A stretch of DNA of 64,000 nt from a virus (IMGVR_UViG_3300037264_003921:1-64000); one strand, 5' to 3'. Counted from the first letter of the stretch, positions 7,076 through 15,819 are shown. Numbers and translations: made by a program. The notes: generated by a model from the letters alone, not told the origin.

Positions 7076-8041
7076 ATGAACACTCACAAACCAGAAAAAG
7101 AACAACAAAAACAATCAGGGAAACAGTCTAAACTTGCACAACGAATGCAGGTGTTGCGCGCATATGGTGGGCCACAACCTAAATGCAGCTGCGACGGATG
7201 CGGTGAGAATAAATTGGAATTTCTAGTTATAGACATTAATGATGGCGGCTATAAACATCGAACTAGTGTAAATAACAAATTATATAGATGGTTGATTAAA
7301 AATAATTTTCCACAAGGATATAAAGTATCATGTTGGAACTGCAATTCTTCATATGGATTATATGGCAATTGCCCACACCAAAAATTAGCACATAACATGA
7401 CATTAGACAATCAATTTGATAGTCCATCTGACATTTTATTCAATTCAGTGATAAAATCCTTAAATGATATAAAAAGTGTATTGTACACTAAAGAGTTTAA
7501 TGATTTAGTAATATTATTAACAACTACCAGATCTTGGGCTACTGGAGTCGGTAAGGCCGCTTTAGCAGCTCAAAAATTATCAACAACATTAGCTTCAAAT
7601 GGATCCCCATCTGCATTCATTGATACAACAGAAGCATTACATGGCAATCTTGGCGGAGTCAAACCAAATGAATTGATTGTGGCATTCTCAAATTCTGGCA
7701 AGACTGATCAGATATTGGAATTGTCTTATAAAGCAAAAGATTTAGGGATAATATTTGTCTTAATAACAGGAGATGGACACGCAACAATAGCGAAAAACAC
7801 ACACATTGTTATAGATTATGGTAAAATAAATGAACCATGTTTGCTAGGTTTAACTCCAACAACTAGCACAATCATACAATTAACAATAGCCGACGCACTA
7901 GCCATGTCAGTACAGCGCAAAAGAGGTCTGACATATGATGAGTATTCTAAATTCCATGGAGCAGGATATTTAGGATACATATCAAAATTAAAAGCTGAAT
8001 TACACGGACACACTGGCAAGTCAGATCTACAAAACGGATAA
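7076..8041 (+). CDS. HNH/Zn-like N-domain fused to SIS-domain KpsF/GutQ-like sugar isomerase
   Basis: AYGG..CSCDGCGE..CWNCN, then TGVGKA, EALHGNLG, SNSGKT, PTTST, FHGAG. Confidence 0.75.
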   Translation: MNTHKPEKEQQKQSGKQSKLAQRMQVLRAYGGPQPKCSCDGCGENKLEFLVIDINDGGYKHRTSVNNKLYRWLIKNNFPQGYKVSCWNCNSSYGLYGNCPHQKLAHNMTLDNQFDSPSDILFNSVIKSLNDIKSVLYTKEFNDLVILLTTTRSWATGVGKAALAAQKLSTTLASNGSPSAFIDTTEALHGNLGGVKPNELIVAFSNSGKTDQILELSYKAKDLGIIFVLITGDGHATIAKNTHIVIDYGKINEPCLLGLTPTTSTIIQLTIADALAMSVQRKRGLTYDEYSKFHGAGYLGYISKLKAELHGHTGKSDLQNG

Positions 8042-8045
8042 ATCC

Positions 8046-8291
8046 TTATCCATTTTTACGACGTCCTTTGCCACGTCTTAGTAAACCAATTGGCTTTTCA
8101 CCGAGTATTTCATTAGCTTGTTCTTCAAGAGATTTAGATTTTTGTTCTTGCGATATTGTTGTACCATTAAGAACTTTTTTAGCTTCATCTCTGATTTCAC
8201 ATGGCCCAAATGTGTCCACAATAAACCTTAGATATCCAACAGGTAGTTGGCTTATTTCTAATCCCTTATATTTACCAAATTTCATATACAT
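8046..8291 (-). CDS. DUF3820-like (FGKYKG) protein
   Basis: MKFGKYKG..ISQLPVGYLRF. Confidence 0.65.
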   Translation of the reverse strand: MYMKFGKYKGLEISQLPVGYLRFIVDTFGPCEIRDEAKKVLNGTTISQEQKSKSLEEQANEILGEKPIGLLRRGKGRRKNG

Positions 8292-8293
8292 AG

Positions 8294-8728
8294 TTATTCC
8301 TTGATATCTTTCAATTTTTTTAATCCAATAATTAAATCACTTATCTCAGCAGCTTTCTCGTAATTTTCAGCTTTTATAGCATTATTTAGCAATACATCTA
8401 GTTCAGATATTATTTGAGTATACGGAATTTTACCAACATGCATGTCTGATTTATGGTATTGAAGTAATATTGGCCCAATATTAAATAAATCATAATCATT
8501 ATAACATCCAACTCGCTTCGTCTTTATAAATTTTGATAATGTCATGCCGCAAAAACCACATTTAATGTCATTTTTCACAACACCTACTGGAAACTGACAT
8601 GCTAATAGATCTAACTCTCCTAAACAGTCAAAGCAATAAAACAATTCACGTCGAGCATCATCAGTAATCTCCATAATATAATATGTCGCTTTGTTGACAC
8701 TACACTTACTACATAAAACATTAAACAT
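8294..8728 (-). CDS. McsA-like protein (CxxC motifs + UVR domain)
   Basis: CSKC, CFDC, CGFCGMT, GCYNDY, HVGKIP, ENYEKAA. Confidence 0.8.
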   Translation of the reverse strand: MFNVLCSKCSVNKATYYIMEITDDARRELFYCFDCLGELDLLACQFPVGVVKNDIKCGFCGMTLSKFIKTKRVGCYNDYDLFNIGPILLQYHKSDMHVGKIPYTQIISELDVLLNNAIKAENYEKAAEISDLIIGLKKLKDIKE

Positions 8729-8739
8729 TTACATTATTT

Positions 8740-8913
8740 TTAACAATCATCAAGCTGGAGATGTGCAGTTTTATTATTACAACGACTACAAAACAAATGT
8801 TTAATATGCGACTTATCTTTAAGCTTACTTGATAGACGCCATATAACTTGTTGAGATTTGCATCTACAACAATATAACCAAACTGCTGTTGTTGATCTAC
8901 TAGTTTTTGACAT
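8740..8913 (-). CDS. bL33-like zinc-ribbon protein
   Basis: LYCCRC...IKHLFCSRCNNKTAH spacing as in Zn-binding L33; start MSKTS. Confidence 0.5.
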   Translation of the reverse strand: MSKTSRSTTAVWLYCCRCKSQQVIWRLSSKLKDKSHIKHLFCSRCNNKTAHLQLDDC

Positions 8914-8946
8914 TAAACTACCTATAAAATACCACAAAAATATTAT

Positions 8947-9231
8947 ATGGATGTATTTATCACTACTGTAATACGCAATTCAATTGCATCATCTGGTTTA
9001 TCAGAATGCCTTGGCGTTCAACAAATAGGTGACAGGATATGGATACGAGACGATCGTATACAACGAGGGCATAGATGGTGCATTATTGAAGTTAATGGAT
9101 CGATATTAAAAATACAAAATGGCAATCATGATACTGCCATCATAAACCTATCACATCCAAATAGCTTAAATGAACTTGGTACCTTAATAGACGAAGCTTT
9201 AATGACATCAAGGTTATATGCAAGTGATTAA
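8947..9231 (+). CDS. Hypothetical protein (distant DPxF-family member)
   Basis: 94-aa ORF; C-terminal INLSHPNSL. Confidence 0.6.
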   Translation: MDVFITTVIRNSIASSGLSECLGVQQIGDRIWIRDDRIQRGHRWCIIEVNGSILKIQNGNHDTAIINLSHPNSLNELGTLIDEALMTSRLYASD

Positions 9232-9367
9232 CTAAATCGTCATCTAACAACATTTAATCACTGCCTCCTTTGCCTTTCCTGACATTTTTTAAAAATAGCT
9301 GGATTCCAAATATCGATTTCACACTTCTGATGTCAGACGATGGCATAGAAACGCAAAGAAAATACTT

Positions 9368-10486
9368 TTATGCAGCGGGTTCAATCGTACTACCACTATC
9401 AGCCAACGCCAAGCCAGACATATAACTGATACCATTATTCATCAAATCGATTATATGTGCCTTGTTAAAATCACGGCGCAATACATATCCTTGTTCAATA
9501 CCCCATTCTTTTTCAGTTTTGTGCATCCAATCACGTAGAGCAAGCCTTGGTTGACGTTTAGCCTCCAATTGTGGTGCTGGTATGTCTTCTTTTTTAGTAC
9601 CACGTGGACGACGTTTGAATCTGGCAATAAAATCTTTCATCTTCTTACTGACAATAACATCCCAATCGCTGTCAACAGGTTTTGTACCCTCATCAGATTC
9701 TATCCACATACGTTTCTTAAAAACATATGCAGCGTTCTGCGCCTCTTTTGCTATCACCAAGACTGCATCCCCATTAGGTGTTGATAGAACCAAACTAGAC
9801 TCAAACCCACGAACTTTTCTTGCTAAATCAGCCTTAACTTTCCCATCTCTAGTGGCAATATCAATTGCTTGAACGAGCTCCTCTAGCCATTTAGGTACAT
9901 CCATAGTGCGACCAGTGCGACCTAAAAAGACGTCAAGAGGGCTAAGTCTTGTTTCATCGACATCAATTGGCGGTGGGATGTCTAACCAATTAGTGATAGG
10001 CTCTCCATCTATTGCATGGATTATCATACCATTGCCAATTTGATCCCCTATAGTGGTTTTAGTCTCTGCTGGTAATTGTTTGTACATTTTAGCTGGATAT
10101 GTACCACTGCCTGATTCAGATTCAACACCATAACCTGGATATACAGAAACAGTTACACTACCCTTATCCTTGACAATCCCAGCAATATGTCTCAAAATTC
10201 GCTTTCCGTCATTATCACCGATCGCAAATGGAACTGGGAGAAAGATATATCCATTACGGGAAATACTTGCTCCTGGTGAGGACACATTCTCAAAATTATT
10301 CGAATCAATTGTTACATCACGACTGCCAATATGCTTACCATTTTCATCGACAGCCCATTTATCACTAGTATCCCAATCCTTAACATATCCTTCTACTAAC
10401 ACAGCTTCTAATAAAATATCAAAACTAGGTTCTTCACCAGATTCGTGCAATACTGATTTGATAAATGAAATGTAATCAAATGGCAT
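9368..10486 (-). CDS. Hypothetical protein, possibly an internal head protein
   Basis: 372-aa ORF; N-terminal LHE/LLE/LVE motifs. Confidence 0.7.
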   Translation of the reverse strand: MPFDYISFIKSVLHESGEEPSFDILLEAVLVEGYVKDWDTSDKWAVDENGKHIGSRDVTIDSNNFENVSSPGASISRNGYIFLPVPFAIGDNDGKRILRHIAGIVKDKGSVTVSVYPGYGVESESGSGTYPAKMYKQLPAETKTTIGDQIGNGMIIHAIDGEPITNWLDIPPPIDVDETRLSPLDVFLGRTGRTMDVPKWLEELVQAIDIATRDGKVKADLARKVRGFESSLVLSTPNGDAVLVIAKEAQNAAYVFKKRMWIESDEGTKPVDSDWDVIVSKKMKDFIARFKRRPRGTKKEDIPAPQLEAKRQPRLALRDWMHKTEKEWGIEQGYVLRRDFNKAHIIDLMNNGISYMSGLALADSGSTIEPAA

Positions 10487-10498
10487 ATATTAGATTTG

Positions 10499-10702
10499 CT
10501 ATTCAACAGGTTCTGTGTTTACATTCCAAGATATGTTATTCCTAAGAACAGTCTCTCTACCGCACCCTGGACAAATGTGTCTATAAATCTTACCACTTGT
10601 AATAGCTATATGCATTGGTGGATCATGTTGTCTATGTCTACATATTAATCCAGTCCACCATATATTCTCATCTTCGAAACCAGACTTACGTTTCTCTTTC
10701 AT
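10499..10702 (-). CDS. Small Zn-ribbon protein
   Basis: CRHRQHDPP...HICPGCG. Confidence 0.6.
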   Translation of the reverse strand: MKEKRKSGFEDENIWWTGLICRHRQHDPPMHIAITSGKIYRHICPGCGRETVLRNNISWNVNTEPVE

Positions 10703-10715
10703 ACATCCTCAAAAT

Positions 10716-11207
10716 TTAAGTCCACAAAAATCCACGAATCATTATCAATCTACATAAATTTGTTGTATCTTCATCGTCCCACTCATTTTCTAATTTTATT
10801 GTTTCTTTTAGTGCTAACTGATATGCTGGATATTCATCTAAATGTGCTCTATCACTCAATATTGGCGGTATCAAACTTTCATCAAGATCGTCAAGAGGTG
10901 ATTTTCTATGTGGATAGACATATACCCACCACTCATATAGTTCTTTGATCTCTTTTGCGGCATTAGAAACTTCTGGTGTAGCATCCCAATCTATGCGTTC
11001 AAATGGTTCCTCTTTCTCTATAAATTCAACAAGCAGATCAAACATTGCATGCAACATACGAAGATCTATGTCGTAATATCCAGGTTTTAAACTTTTTATT
11101 TTTACTACATTAAAACGATTTATTGTTCGATATTTAATCCACCGGATAACATTATAAATTTTGGTTTTAATAGCCCACCAGATTCTGGTTTTAATATTAA
11201 TGCCCAT
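10716..11207 (-). CDS. Hypothetical phage protein
   Basis: 163-aa ORF in an overlapping gene chain. Confidence 0.7.
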   Translation of the reverse strand: MGINIKTRIWWAIKTKIYNVIRWIKYRTINRFNVVKIKSLKPGYYDIDLRMLHAMFDLLVEFIEKEEPFERIDWDATPEVSNAAKEIKELYEWWVYVYPHRKSPLDDLDESLIPPILSDRAHLDEYPAYQLALKETIKLENEWDDEDTTNLCRLIMIRGFLWT

Positions 11208-11457
11208 GATAATACGTTTCTTTTTCTTGTATAATATTTAATAAGTTATTAAAGAAATCTGGATCAGACGCCAGTATCTCCCCATAATTAGATCTAATTC
11301 GAACTCTGTCGTGTTGAATAATAAATGGTATATAATAACTATTATCAAAAGACCTACGCTTTATTTTATTGCCGACAACATGCCAATAACTCAAATTATG
11401 TGTCTCTTTATTATCTTCAAACCAATCGGCCACTATTTCTGCTAATGTTGGGGCCAT
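11197..11457 (-). CDS. DPxFF paralog-family protein
   Basis: LAEIVADWF...ILASDPDFFNNL. Confidence 0.7.
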   Translation of the reverse strand: MAPTLAEIVADWFEDNKETHNLSYWHVVGNKIKRRSFDNSYYIPFIIQHDRVRIRSNYGEILASDPDFFNNLLNIIQEKETYYHGH

Positions 11458-11744
11458 GATTTCCTCGATTCTTCTGCTTTCCGAAATCCGATTTGTGCCA
11501 TATGGAGACGACTCGATAAGAGTGGGAAAAATTTTGCATCATATGCTTGAATTATTAAGTCGTCTTCAAAAAACATAAGACGTGTTTCATATACAATTGC
11601 GTATGTATACCCGAGACCTTTATATATTATCGAACCAACAGAATCCTTCCAAATTCCGTAATCAAGCGTTTTATAGCTCTTTGCAGCCCTCCATAATGGC
11701 ATCTCATCTTTCAACCATTCATCGATTAGACTTATCAAATCCAT
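11442..11744 (-). CDS. DPxFF paralog-family protein
   Basis: LISLIDEWL...IQAYDAKFFPLL. Confidence 0.7.
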   Translation of the reverse strand: MDLISLIDEWLKDEMPLWRAAKSYKTLDYGIWKDSVGSIIYKGLGYTYAIVYETRLMFFEDDLIIQAYDAKFFPLLSSRLHMAQIGFRKAEESRKSWPQH

Positions 11745-11746
11745 TG

Positions 11747-12781
11747 TTATTTTAATCCATTACGAATAATTGGCTGTTTCATCCAATGGCTATTAGTTTG
11801 GACATGATTCTCTCTTACATATTTAGCTACAACATTTTTAAATTCAACATATCTAAAAGAACGCGCGATACGAACAACATATCCCTCACATTGGTCCCCA
11901 TTAAATTCAGATATATACATTGAACGTATCCTACTTTCATTCCACACACCACGATATATAACTGGGACTGTTTCCAAGTCAAGCAATTTTGCCCAATCTT
12001 CCACATCATCCCAAGCTAAGCTCTCATTTTTATCATTCCAAACAGAATGGACCATAAAGTACGCTGGCAGATTTTTATAATAGATCGAATGTTTAGCAAA
12101 CAAATTCTCACCACAGATTCGCCATGATGGCTCGATTTCATGGCCAATACGCCTATGAAGACCCCAAAGCCAATCACGGGACGGATGGCTAGATGAATCT
12201 ATCGATCTAGCATGGAAACCACGACGATCCATGCTTGTCTGCTCACCGTCCATCTTAACTGTAACAACTACATCTTCTCCATCAAAATAAGAGAGGTTTT
12301 CGATTACTCGATCGTCACTATTAAGGCCAAGACTCCATGGCAAATGCTGTGTACGTGGGTGTTTTACACGATCTGTAAAAAGATGTAATACAGGTTTGAT
12401 GACTTTCTGAACTGATTCATCATGAAAAAGTTCTCCTTTCAGACGTATCCCATTTGGTAGTATTGGATTGGACCATTTATCATACACTTGATCATGATAT
12501 AGGTGTGATGGTAGAACCACTTCATTTATTCCACATTGCTCACGGAGTGTATCACATGAAATGAGTGTTGATTCGGCTGCTAAATGATGCTCTTCACAAA
12601 CTGATACGCCATTATTAATGTAATAGCCTCCATCAGAAAATAATCTGCGTTCTATAATATGATGTGCATCAATAGCCGATTTCAAGCACATAACACATTT
12701 ATAATTATCACGCTTGAAAACAGCTTCTCTGAATTCATCTCTAGTCAGAAGTGCACTCATCGAACTCGTCTTGATACCCAT
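11747..12781 (-). CDS. HNH-fused RNA ligase (nucleotidyltransferase)
   Basis: CVMC..DAHHI N-terminus; HPRTQHLPWS, TVKMDGE (KxDG), CGEN, EGYVVR, AKYVR. Confidence 0.85.
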   Translation of the reverse strand: MGIKTSSMSALLTRDEFREAVFKRDNYKCVMCLKSAIDAHHIIERRLFSDGGYYINNGVSVCEEHHLAAESTLISCDTLREQCGINEVVLPSHLYHDQVYDKWSNPILPNGIRLKGELFHDESVQKVIKPVLHLFTDRVKHPRTQHLPWSLGLNSDDRVIENLSYFDGEDVVVTVKMDGEQTSMDRRGFHARSIDSSSHPSRDWLWGLHRRIGHEIEPSWRICGENLFAKHSIYYKNLPAYFMVHSVWNDKNESLAWDDVEDWAKLLDLETVPVIYRGVWNESRIRSMYISEFNGDQCEGYVVRIARSFRYVEFKNVVAKYVRENHVQTNSHWMKQPIIRNGLK

Positions 12782-13140
12782 CTATCAACGGCTTTTTTAA
12801 TTGTTTTGCTTATCATGTCGAGACTATCAGGGTCTGCTAAAGAAATCTTAATGTCTAATCCTCCTGTATATCCACTGATCAAAATGTCGTCGTCAACTGT
12901 TTCAATTACAACGGTATCTAATAACCAACTTGTAGAATCAGCAGCATGATCAACATCAATCCCGATAATTGTGGCGTTAGCGTTAGGTAGAGGGAGATCA
13001 TTTTTAGTAATAACCATATATGCATTATTGCCGAATTCAATAAGACGATACTCCTTCATCAATCCGGCATTTTTAAATGCCAACCGAATTATAGCACGCC
13101 TCAATTTATCCATTTGGTATCTTGCCTGGTGCCATCGCAA
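12757..13140 (-). CDS. DPxFF-like paralog
   Basis: C-terminal ISLADPDSLDMI. Confidence 0.6.
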   Translation of the reverse strand: MRWHQARYQMDKLRRAIIRLAFKNAGLMKEYRLIEFGNNAYMVITKNDLPLPNANATIIGIDVDHAADSTSWLLDTVVIETVDDDILISGYTGGLDIKISLADPDSLDMISKTIKKAVDRWVSRRVR

Positions 13141-13642
13141 ATTTTAAAGCAGCTCTGCAAACAACAGCAGATGCAGTAGTGGTGTCAAAAAGTGACCCTT
13201 TTTCAATGGCCTTATACGACGTTATTGCATCATATAATTCAGCAATCCAACAATTATCTATATAATTTAGCGAAAACATGCATGGGTTAAGCTTACTAAC
13301 AATATCAAGAGCAAGGCCTAATTCATCACTATACTGTGGAACAGCCGTCAAACAGAATATATAATGGCCAGCAAATGTATCATGCTTAATCCGTTTGTTA
13401 TATTGATCTTTAGCCTCTCCATCCATCATCTCTAACATTGTGCTATCACAACAACAACGATCAACGATCACAGATCGTTCGCATGCAGGACACATCCATG
13501 AATCTGGATCGGTATCTGGTGCAACCCCCCATTGGCCATCAACAAAATAGCATGTTGTACGTCCAACAATCTTAGATCCATATATCTCAGACGCGACTAA
13601 ATCATCTAACTGATTATGTGATATAGTTTCAGCATCAATCAT
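13106..13642 (-). CDS. Phage ABA-sandwich/BC1872-like protein
   Basis: LDDLVASEIYG...VPQYSDELGLALDIVSKL...AVVCRAALK. Confidence 0.55.
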   Translation of the reverse strand: MIDAETISHNQLDDLVASEIYGSKIVGRTTCYFVDGQWGVAPDTDPDSWMCPACERSVIVDRCCCDSTMLEMMDGEAKDQYNKRIKHDTFAGHYIFCLTAVPQYSDELGLALDIVSKLNPCMFSLNYIDNCWIAELYDAITSYKAIEKGSLFDTTTASAVVCRAALKFAMAPGKIPNG

Positions 13643-13654
13643 TTGAATTAAATA

Positions 13655-13834
13655 CTACCTGTAATGATGGCATTCTATTACATACCAAACGTTACAATGG
13701 TAAACATGATAGTACCCACGACCACCACATCTAATACAATGCATTACTTCGATCCCATCATAATTACGCCACGTAACTGTGCATCCGCTCAAAAATGGGA
13801 TGCAACATAATAATAATATTGCAAATTTCTTCAT
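13655..13834 (-). CDS. 59-aa lipoprotein
   Basis: MKKFAILLLCCIPFLSGC lipobox; ATGA overlap with the upstream stop; ends in TAG. Confidence 0.65.
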   Translation of the reverse strand: MKKFAILLLCCIPFLSGCTVTWRNYDGIEVMHCIRCGGRGYYHVYHCNVWYVIECHHYR

Positions 13835-14178
13835 ACAATATTTTTAACATTATCGCCCCCTTTTAATGCAAATTCATTCTTAAGTTTATCATATTGTCTA
13901 TCATAATACCACTTTGTACCCAAACAGATGCCATGTCTATATTCACTATTACGAATTTCATGATAGAAATTCAACAATGCAGTGATCTCAATCCGATGGT
14001 CTGCAACATATCCTTGAGCACACCACCAATCCTTCTTTAATCCGCCAAGCTTTTTCTTTATCTCGTATAACTCTCCATATGGAATGGTTGTCTTCCTAGC
14101 TCTTTTTGCCAGCGTCTGGTTAGCTGACAGAGTCTTTATACGCTCTTTAATTGTAAAAATCGCTTCTTTGATATCCAT
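13831..14178 (-). CDS. Basic helical hypothetical protein downstream of the RGPP leader
   Basis: AGGAG SD; 115-aa ORF. Confidence 0.75.
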   Translation of the reverse strand: MDIKEAIFTIKERIKTLSANQTLAKRARKTTIPYGELYEIKKKLGGLKKDWWCAQGYVADHRIEITALLNFYHEIRNSEYRHGICLGTKWYYDRQYDKLKNEFALKGGDNVKNIV

Positions 14179-14225
14179 ATTTGCTCCTATAATAATAGTA
14201 TTAAAATTAACACAAATTCAATTTA

Positions 14226-14267
14226 TTACAGCAAATATGGTGGGCCACGGTCCTACGTATAATGCAT
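14226..14267 (-). promoter_or_regulatory. Amber-interrupted leader peptide MHYT*DRGPPYLL
   Basis: GGAG SD + ATG CAT TAT ACG TAG GAC CGT GGC CCA CCA TAT TTG CTG TAA TAA. Confidence 0.6.
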
Positions 14268-14268
14268 A

Positions 14269-14595
14269 TTATTCTCCAGTCCACAAAACATATTTTGATA
14301 AATGCTTCCTCATTGATTTAGGTATTGGCTCTGTAGCCAATGCCGTTGCCTGATTGTGTAGATCAGGCTCAGTGAATAAGATAGCCCTAATTCCGTATTT
14401 ATTGATGTCATGCTGTGCGTGTAGAAGCTCATCCTCATTTCGCACAGAGCATATAACTATAAATGATATTGGTGCTAGTTTATCCCCGAAGTGGATCCCA
14501 GCTTCATGAGCGGCATGCGCTCCCTGGCATACCTGTTGTCGAAGTGTTAAATCAGTTCTTATAAAAACGTAGAAATAACGAGTTTCCTATGTCAT
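14269..14595 (-). CDS. Pth2-like peptidyl-tRNA hydrolase with in-frame TAG at codon 3
   Basis: AGGA SD, ATG ACA TAG GAA...; YVFIRTDL..QQVCQGAHAAHE...FTEPDLHNQATALA; 108 sense positions including the amber codon, then TAA. Confidence 0.75.
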
Positions 14596-14630
14596 AACCA
14601 TTCCTAAAATTTAGATACTTCTGGCACTAT

Positions 14631-14704
14631 TGGTGCGCCCGACCAGGATCGAACTGGTTTATGAGATTTTAGAGATCCCCGGCCATCCAATAGCCCACGG
14701 GCGC
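14631..14704 (-). tRNA. Amber suppressor tRNA (anticodon CUA)
   Basis: GCGCCCG/CGGGCGC, GGGAT-CTCTAAA-ATCTC, CCAGTTCGATCCTGG, A73-CCA. Confidence 0.88.
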
Positions 14705-14707
14705 ATA

Positions 14708-14926
14708 TCATACGGTTGATCCCCTACGTATAATCTCTATCTCATGCCAATTAAGTATTTCCACAAACTCTTTAGGTGGATGGTCCATTTTGTCACTAAT
14801 ACCCCTACCAATTGATATCACTTCTTTCCAATCAGAAATCTTCCAAGATTTGTCTTCATTAGTTATAAGACTCTTCTTCATCTCAGTCAGCAACATCAAA
14901 CAAGCACTAAGTTCTAGATTAATCAT
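14708..14926 (-). CDS. Hypothetical protein
   Basis: 72-aa ORF in a co-directional chain. Confidence 0.55.
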   Translation of the reverse strand: MINLELSACLMLLTEMKKSLITNEDKSWKISDWKEVISIGRGISDKMDHPPKEFVEILNWHEIEIIRRGSTV

Positions 14927-14945
14927 TGCTCTTCATAGTCAAATA

Positions 14946-15308
14946 CTAATCGAATATACTATTCACAGCAGAATGACCACAACAATACTCAATCGTTGCA
15001 ATAAATTCTTTTATTATTTTATACAATGAATTAAGACAATACTCTAGTTTATTAAAAAATTTAGGGTCTGTAGCCATTATTTTACATGCAGGGCTATCAA
15101 GGTCAACACCATCTTTATCGATTTTGAATAATGATAATGTTTTCCCATTGATGGTCATCGAGATATAGTGGCTATCCTTTGCTATAGATACAGCAAATCC
15201 ATTCATAGTGAATTTAGATTGATTACTATCAAGCCATGTATTAATAATAGCTCGTAAATCTGGCACGCCAGCTTGATCTTGATCGATTTGATTAGTTTGA
15301 TAGTCCAT
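14946..15308 (-). CDS. DPxFF paralog-family protein
   Basis: DLRAIINTWL...IMATDPKFFNKL. Confidence 0.7.
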   Translation of the reverse strand: MDYQTNQIDQDQAGVPDLRAIINTWLDSNQSKFTMNGFAVSIAKDSHYISMTINGKTLSLFKIDKDGVDLDSPACKIMATDPKFFNKLEYCLNSLYKIIKEFIATIEYCCGHSAVNSIFD

Positions 15309-15817
15309 TAATTACGATTACCACAACAATTTTTATATGGCCTACCTGATTGACAGCTGCAATTACCAAGATATAAAACCCCGCTATCAACAAGCGAATT
15401 CATGAGCTTAAACTCCAACATGTCAGTCTCTTCTTTTCGATTTATGTATAATTCTTCAAATAATGATATTAAAGCATTTCTTGTATCGTCTGTAATTACG
15501 TAGACTCGACCATGAAACCCACCAAACTTAATACACCCATCAACATGACTGATCTTTTCATTTTTCAATATTTCTATTACAAATGGCACATGACGTAGGA
15601 ATGTACAAAACTTAACTCCATTTGCATCAACAGATACGGTTGGTTCATCAATCAAAACACTACCACCACCATCTATAAATATCTTCTCGCATTGCTCAAT
15701 TTTAGAAAATGATTTATGTATGCCATCATCAGTATACCATTTGACTAATGCATCCATTGCACTCTCTTCAGTAAAGAATGAGCGCATCCCAGATCTAGAT
15801 GTACAAAATAATGGCAT
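15308..15817 (-). CDS. SEC-C motif protein
   Basis: C-terminal CSCQSGRPYKNCCG. Confidence 0.7.
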   Translation of the reverse strand: MPLFCTSRSGMRSFFTEESAMDALVKWYTDDGIHKSFSKIEQCEKIFIDGGGSVLIDEPTVSVDANGVKFCTFLRHVPFVIEILKNEKISHVDGCIKFGGFHGRVYVITDDTRNALISLFEELYINRKEETDMLEFKLMNSLVDSGVLYLGNCSCQSGRPYKNCCGNRN

Positions 15818-15819
15818 TA

